From: Calothrix sp. MO_167.B12
GTDB taxonomy: Bacteria > Cyanobacteriota > Cyanobacteriia > Cyanobacteriales > Nostocaceae
NCBI GenBank assembly: GCA_030066045.1
Contig: JASJCJ010000244.1
Span: 1-11,916 of the forward strand
Direction of reading: 5' to 3'
Length of the DNA stretch: 11,916 bases
The notes under the pieces are model-generated. The model did not search any database, was not told the DNA's origin, and saw only the letters and a list, made by a program, of their open reading frames with translations. Position numbers and translations under genes: made by a program. The first letter of the stretch is position 1. Every line of letters begins with the position of its first letter. Shown here one piece after another: positions 7,530 through 11,916 of the stretch.

Positions 7530-7885
7530 AAGTCATGCCTGTGGAACATTCGTCTGAAAATCGATTTTCCCTATTTTACTCTTTAGCGGCTATTTGCCGC
7601 TCACGAAAATTTGGGTTTAGCGTACAAAAGCAAATCTATTGTGACGTGGGTGGCAAGCCAGGAAAATATAGCTGGGAAACGTTCGTTAGCTTTGCAGAGC
7701 AAGTGGAGTGGAAAGTAGGGGACAAATGGCTGGGCTATGATGAACTGTGTTGGGACTTACGAGGAGTACGTGGACACATACCCCTGTGGGTTACTGGAGG
7801 ACTAGCAGTTGATGCGGATACAAGGGTAGTAGTGTGTGGATGGGCAGTGGGGTTGTTCTCTCGCACAGAGACTTGTAGACTCTAA
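7496..7885 (+). CDS. GUN4-like domain protein, N-terminally truncated relative to a full GUN4 core (stand-alone fragment or remnant). Likely start is ATG 7535, 5 nt after the upstream stop. The GTG at 7496 overlaps the upstream gene
   Basis: RKFGFSVQKQIYCDVGGKPGKYSWETFVSFAEQVEWKVGDKWLGYDELCWDLRGVRGHIPLW aligns with the second half of the GUN4 domain of the 3368 gene (GRFGFSVQRHIWLSLGGQPGKFNF...VGWRVNNDWL...FASDAPKGHLPSL). Confidence 0.6.
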   Translation: MGKDRWALSAIKVMPVEHSSENRFSLFYSLAAICRSRKFGFSVQKQIYCDVGGKPGKYSWETFVSFAEQVEWKVGDKWLGYDELCWDLRGVRGHIPLWVTGGLAVDADTRVVVCGWAVGLFSRTETCRL

Positions 7886-8047
7886 CAGATAACCAATACA
7901 ACCTTTTATAAATATTTGATTTTTTACTAGAAAGTGTCCCCAGGAGGGGGAAGTAAATATCTGAGAAGCGTGATTTTTAAATATCCATAGTCAACTTCAC
8001 CAATCAATTTCACTTTTTCTCTGTCTAGGAAGTAGGAAGCCAGCTCC

Positions 8048-8734
8048 ATGACTAACCAAAGACTAAAAGATTTGGAAGATAGCATTACCAAAGACGAAAA
8101 ATTGCTCAAAGATTTTGAGGATGCATTGCGCTACGAGACAAACCCTCGTGTCATAGCAGGATATCGCCAGGAGATTGAGCGACAGAAAGAGTCAATCGCT
8201 AGTCACAAATCTGAGTATGTTGAACTGAAACAGGAATTAGCTGGGGAACCATCTGCTCAAATACAACTGCAAAAAGTAGAGAACCAATTGCAGCAGATGG
8301 ATAATAAAATAAACATTTTACTTAGTGGTCAGGTTGCTATTTATGCAGATATCAATGATATGCGTCTAGCCCTGTTAAAACGCTACGATGCCTCGGAACG
8401 AACCATAATTGGTGCTATTGCCCAGCAGTTAAATCAAAATCAATTAGTTTTGACACAACAGTTGTTGGATGCAGTAGAAAACAATCAAGTATCAGAACCA
8501 CAAATGCAACAGATGTTGGCAGTATTAGAAGATAAAATTCCTTCTCTACCTCCTAGTCAATTAGCCGCTATAGAGATTATAAAAGACCCCCAGTTTGATG
8601 CTAAACATAAACTAAAAGTAAGTCTACCAATTATACCAATGCTTGTAGAGTATGAAGGTGAATTAGAGTTAGGAAGTGGTTTTAATATCAAGTCTGCTTG
8701 GGAACATTTGGTAGCGAAGTTACGAAGGAAATAA
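8048..8734 (+). CDS. Protein with the shared N-terminal coiled-coil module fused to an uncharacterised all-helical Q/L-rich C-terminal domain
   Basis: N-terminus KDEKLLKDFEDALRYETNPRVIAGYRQEIERQKESI is near-identical to 3368-gene residues 20-55. The C-terminal ~150 aa have no motif I recognise. Confidence 0.75.
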   Translation: MTNQRLKDLEDSITKDEKLLKDFEDALRYETNPRVIAGYRQEIERQKESIASHKSEYVELKQELAGEPSAQIQLQKVENQLQQMDNKINILLSGQVAIYADINDMRLALLKRYDASERTIIGAIAQQLNQNQLVLTQQLLDAVENNQVSEPQMQQMLAVLEDKIPSLPPSQLAAIEIIKDPQFDAKHKLKVSLPIIPMLVEYEGELELGSGFNIKSAWEHLVAKLRRK

Positions 8735-8737
8735 GCT

Positions 8738-8998
8738 ATGTCTGATTGGCTTCAATACCTCCAACAACAAAAGAACAAAGATTTATCTCTATTAAAATAA
8801 TTAGAAGATAAGCTGCGCTATGAAGATAATCCACGTCAAAAACTGAGGTGGAAAGTTAAAATTGAAGAAATCAAGCAGAAAATAAAAAATGAACTCGACG
8901 ACGAGCAAACAGAACAAATCCGTGGCGGCATATTGCTAGGCTTTTTTAGGATAAAGAAAAAATCTGATAAGAAAGTACAGCACTTTGCAGATAAATGA
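8738..8998 (+). pseudogene. Third, diverged copy of the N-terminal module as a short stand-alone gene interrupted by an in-frame TAA (8798-8800). Either a pseudogene or a sequencing/readthrough case
   Basis: ATG at 8738 lies 3 nt after the upstream stop (translational coupling). MSDWLQYLQQQKNKDLSLLK-stop-LEDKLRYEDNPRQKLRWKVKIEEIKQKIKNEL... The module motif (LLK.[FL]ED.LRYE.[DN]PR) spans the stop codon in the same frame. Ends with TGA at 8996-8998. Confidence 0.5.
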
Positions 8999-9060
8999 GG
9001 TACAGACAAATTTTATAAAACTCTTGTGGTACGGGCATCTCTGCCCGTCTAAATGTACCT
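8997..9060. terminator. Nested hairpin between convergent genes (possible bidirectional terminator or small structured RNA)
   Basis: Outer inverted repeat gaggtaca (8997-9004) / tgtacctc (9053-9060). Inner GC-rich hairpin acgggca-tctc-tgcccgt (~9031-9048). No clean U-tract directly after the stem on either strand. Confidence 0.3.
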
Positions 9061-9121
9061 CATAAAGATGAAATATGCTGTAAATTAGTCGGCGTGGAAA
9101 AATCGTTACATTTGCACCTCC

Positions 9122-9343
9122 TCAACTCTCACCAATTCCATGACCCTGCTCAATTTGTGCAAGATACCCCAATTCCACTGGTGTAAAAGCCACTGGTCGC
9201 TCTAAAAGACTCAGTATTTCCACCTCAAACGGGTCTAGGTCACACTGCCTCAGTTTTGATATGCGATAAGCCGGAGGCTTGACGCTTCGCGTATCGCACA
9301 CAGTACGAGGGTGAGCAGTACTCACCCTAAAATTTACCCGCAT
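9122..9343 (-). CDS. Hypothetical 73-aa protein immediately downstream of (co-directional with) the CHAT gene. Coding status uncertain
   Basis: ORF MRVNFRVSTAHPRTVCDTRSVKPPAYRISKLRQCDLDPFEVEILSLLERPVAFTPVELGYLAQIEQGHGIGES. Its start is 13 nt from the CHAT gene stop. Locally GC-richer than the flanks. No recognisable motif. Confidence 0.3.
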   Translation of the reverse strand: MRVNFRVSTAHPRTVCDTRSVKPPAYRISKLRQCDLDPFEVEILSLLERPVAFTPVELGYLAQIEQGHGIGES

Positions 9344-9355
9344 ACAATCTTCTTT

Positions 9356-10400
9356 CTATTGCCAATTTCCCACCAACACATAGGGCGCCCAAAAGTGAGG
9401 GTGATTATACTTTTCATCTGTCAACAGAGTTAGCTGTGCTTGTTGCAATACTTGAGCTTTATTGTTCTGAGTGGTTTTAGCTTCACCTAACTGACGATAA
9501 AATTCACTCATGATTTTAGCAGTACTTTCATCTGCTACAGGCCAAAGTGTCGCTAAGGTGCTACGCGCTCCTGCTCGCACCGCTACCCCAGCTAATCCCA
9601 AAGTAGCTCTTTTGTCTCCACTAGCAGTCTCACAGGCACTGAGAACTAATAATTCAATGGCTCTGGGTTGATTCAGGGTTTTATCTCGCAGTAAATTATC
9701 CAATTGCTTGACATTAATACGTCTATCCCAGGAGAGTATAAAAGTATCCTCTGCTTTAGAACTAAACTTGGCATGGGTAGCTAGATGAACTATGGGAAAA
9801 CGAAAATCACTAATCTCTTGTTGTACAGTGTTAGTGGTAAATTTCTTATTTAGAAGTGGTTGACCAGATAATCCAATTTTCTGGATTTGTTCTAGTTCCG
9901 ATGGTACATTAGGTAATGGGTTAAAACCTTGATGTGCGGGTAAGTCTTTGCGAATTTCACTGAGTCCTGCTGTTAAAGCTTTGAAATTTATTGCTGTTAG
10001 TGGTTTTGGGTTTACCAACTGTAAACCAGGTGTCAAGGCAATGGCATACTTTTCTAATAGATACTGCTTGCCATCGTGCAGAACAGCCATAGGAATATTC
10101 CGCAAGTCTCCATCTAAAACAAAAGCTACAGTCTTGACTTTACTATTTGCCAACTGTTTTTCTACTGGTCTAATTAACCAATTATACAGCTTTTGGTATT
10201 TGGGCAAAAAATATTTCTCTCTACTTATAGGTTTTAAAAGAGAACCCTGTACTTCCCCTACAGTATTTTCCAACTCTGATTGAGAAATTTTAGTACTGTA
10301 AAGCTGGGGAGGTTGATTAGGTAAACTGAGCAGAATTTCTAACCTATCTTTCAAGATAATTGGATAAATAACTGCTGCGTTTTTATCAATTTGATCGATT
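9356..10400 (-). other. CHAT peptidase domain portion of the TPR-CHAT protein (domain-level annotation)
   Basis: His and Cys catalytic motifs as above. AVIYPIIL...VAFVLDGDLRNIPMAVL upstream is typical of CHAT domains. Confidence 0.7.
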
Positions 10401-11916
10401 TGTTGGGGTTTTGCGTCTACACAGGCTTCTCGGAAAAAGTTGTTGATTTCTGCTAATTGCAAAGATTCAATTACATTACGGGCTTGAGTTAGTAATTTAT
10501 GACTTTCTTTCTCTTTTCCTGCGGTTTTTAAGAAACGAGCATATTCTAAATCTAATTGAACCAACTGGCGATATATTGGTTCAACATTATCCCGGAAAGC
10601 AAACTGTACCTCTGGGTTGACTGCGACTAAATCACCTCGTAATGATTGTAGGGAATCATAGGCTTTGGTATAGGCAGCAATAGCATCAGGAATATCGTTT
10701 TGGGCTTTACGTATGCGTCCCAACTGCCAGAAAAACTGGTAGGCGATGTGTGGTGATTCCAAATTTGAAGCTAAACTCAAAGCCTGTTTAGTCAATTGTT
10801 CTGCTTGGGATAAATTCTGCCTGGAACTACTCAGTTCATAGAGTCTACCGCGAAATCCTAATGCATAAGCTTGTGCCGCTTTATCTTCAAAACTCCTAGC
10901 TTGTGCTAATGCTTGGACTAAAATACTGTCAATTTCGTTAAAACTTGGTAGTTGAGAATTACCAGTGAGATTAAAATTTTCGGTTTGAGCTAATTTGACC
11001 AAACTTTGGGCAAAGTTTATTTGTAGGTAAACTGTTGTGCGACTGGGAGGCAAACTATTGAATTGAGACTTGATATCTTGCCATAATTGTGATGCCTCTA
11101 AAGTTTTTTTCCGTTTTAGTAACAAGCTGAGTTGATTCAATTTTGCTTGTTGTCTGGTGGTTGGAGATGTAGACAGCTTAATTACATGACTGTAAGAATC
11201 CAAAGCAGTTTGTTGATAATTCTGCCTTTGACGACGAATGGTTTCGCTTTCAGCCAAGGCTTGGGCTGTGTTACCCAGGGCGAGATAAACAGCAGCCTCT
11301 TGTTGGGGATAATTCAATTTTTGAACTACTTTTAAACTAGTTTCCAAGACCATTTTGGACTGTTCTAATTGACCTACAGATTGCAGTATGTTACCCAAAC
11401 TTGTCAATCCTAATACTACAGTAATAGGGGGAGAACTAGTTTCAATTTGTTGCAGCTTTGTGGTTAATTCTTCTGAAGTTAACCTGCCTAACTCTTGACA
11501 ATTTTCTAATTGTAATTGTGTCTTTAAGGCTTCAAGTACAGTATTACAAGCACGGGGATAAAAACCCAAATCTTGCATTGCTTGTGCTTGATTAATTTTA
11601 CTTTGAGTAACCTGGGAAGAATTTTTAATTTGGCTATAGATTTTCGTAGATTCTTGCCATGTCTGTAAAGCATCTGCCGACTGTCCAATTTCCCGTTGCA
11701 AGTATCCCTGAATATCTAAAGAGTTAGCCAAAATTCTCAACTGTTCTTGCTTCTGGGGTTGGGTTTTGAGTATTTTTAAACTATCTGCGATCGCATTTTT
11801 TGCTGATTCCCACTTGCCTAGTTTTTGATAAGTTAGGGACAGATTACTCAATGCCATTGCTTGGTTTAAGCTATCCTGTTGGGCAGCATAAGCTGCCGCC
11901 GTATCTTTCCATACAA
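9356..11916 (-). CDS. TPR-repeat + C-terminal CHAT (caspase-like HetF-associated with TPRs) protease-domain protein. 5' end (N-terminus) lies beyond the window edge
   Basis: Minus-strand ORF stays open past 11857 to the window edge (…VWKDTAAAYAAQQDSLNQAMALSNLSLTYQKLGKWESAKNAIA). Multiple TPR-like helical repeats. CHAT core near the C-terminus with catalytic dyad context HLATHAKF (rc at ~9763-9790) and LVLSACETASG (rc at ~9609-9637), followed by LGLAGVAVRAGARSTLATLWPV. Confidence 0.85.
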   Translation of the reverse strand, partial: VWKDTAAAYAAQQDSLNQAMALSNLSLTYQKLGKWESAKNAIADSLKILKTQPQKQEQLRILANSLDIQGYLQREIGQSADALQTWQESTKIYSQIKNSSQVTQSKINQAQAMQDLGFYPRACNTVLEALKTQLQLENCQELGRLTSEELTTKLQQIETSSPPITVVLGLTSLGNILQSVGQLEQSKMVLETSLKVVQKLNYPQQEAAVYLALGNTAQALAESETIRRQRQNYQQTALDSYSHVIKLSTSPTTRQQAKLNQLSLLLKRKKTLEASQLWQDIKSQFNSLPPSRTTVYLQINFAQSLVKLAQTENFNLTGNSQLPSFNEIDSILVQALAQARSFEDKAAQAYALGFRGRLYELSSSRQNLSQAEQLTKQALSLASNLESPHIAYQFFWQLGRIRKAQNDIPDAIAAYTKAYDSLQSLRGDLVAVNPEVQFAFRDNVEPIYRQLVQLDLEYARFLKTAGKEKESHKLLTQARNVIESLQLAEINNFFREACVDAKPQQIDQIDKNAAVIYPIILKDRLEILLSLPNQPPQLYSTKISQSELENTVGEVQGSLLKPISREKYFLPKYQKLYNWLIRPVEKQLANSKVKTVAFVLDGDLRNIPMAVLHDGKQYLLEKYAIALTPGLQLVNPKPLTAINFKALTAGLSEIRKDLPAHQGFNPLPNVPSELEQIQKIGLSGQPLLNKKFTTNTVQQEISDFRFPIVHLATHAKFSSKAEDTFILSWDRRINVKQLDNLLRDKTLNQPRAIELLVLSACETASGDKRATLGLAGVAVRAGARSTLATLWPVADESTAKIMSEFYRQLGEAKTTQNNKAQVLQQAQLTLLTDEKYNHPHFWAPYVLVGNWQ
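11788..11795. repeat. HIP1 octamer GCGATCGC
   Basis: Exact GCGATCGC inside the TPR-CHAT gene. Confidence 0.6.

Noticed and set aside
7927-8109. 60-aa minus-strand ORF overlapping the start of the 8048 gene
   Set aside because: It overlaps the conserved module-coding region of a supported plus-strand gene and has no motif.
9948-11335. Plus-strand ORFs of 111 aa (9948-10283) and 67 aa (11132-11335) inside the TPR-CHAT gene
   Set aside because: They are antisense to a long, motif-supported minus-strand CDS, and the translations look like junk.
1-11916. CRISPR arrays, tRNA or rRNA genes
   Set aside because: No regularly spaced direct repeats of 25-40 nt with unique spacers. No GTTCGAATCC-like T-loop contexts or cloverleaf-compatible segments were found. 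The repeats present are short palindromes, not arrays.

Overview
This is an AT-rich window (two exact HIP1 GCGATCGC octamers, many short palindromic repeats) that is almost certainly from a filamentous (Nostocales-like) cyanobacterium. Left part: (i) the 3' end of an IS200/IS605-family tnpB with its right-end/omega-RNA-like region (1-~420); (ii) a secreted PBS-lyase-type HEAT-repeat protein (421-1524); (iii) a dense patch of nested inverted repeats (1575-1975); (iv) a fasciclin (FAS1) domain protein (2168-2752). Right two thirds (3368-11916): a compact, mostly co-directional cluster that I flag as a candidate uncharacterised multi-component system. Three adjacent genes (3368-4255, 8048-8734, and the stop-interrupted 8738-8998) share a ~60-aa coiled-coil N-terminal module, two of them at near-identical nucleotide level, fused to different C-terminal domains. 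One C-terminus is a GUN4 (porphyrin-binding) domain, and a second, N-terminally truncated GUN4 domain (7496-7885) is translationally coupled to the 3' end of the preceding 982-aa gene. That 982-aa protein combines a membrane-anchored flotillin/YqiK-like SPFH domain, a long coiled coil, a C4 zinc ribbon and a TerY-type vWA domain with an intact MIDAS motif (DTSSSM). On the opposite strand lies a large TPR + CHAT (caspase-like protease) protein that runs off the window edge. Shared adaptor-like modules, ligand-sensor domains, a vWA/SPFH membrane scaffold and a CHAT protease together resemble the modular conflict / programmed-cell-death systems described in multicellular bacteria. This exact gene set is not a named system that I recognise. 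All domain calls come from motif recognition by eye, and none has been confirmed by search.
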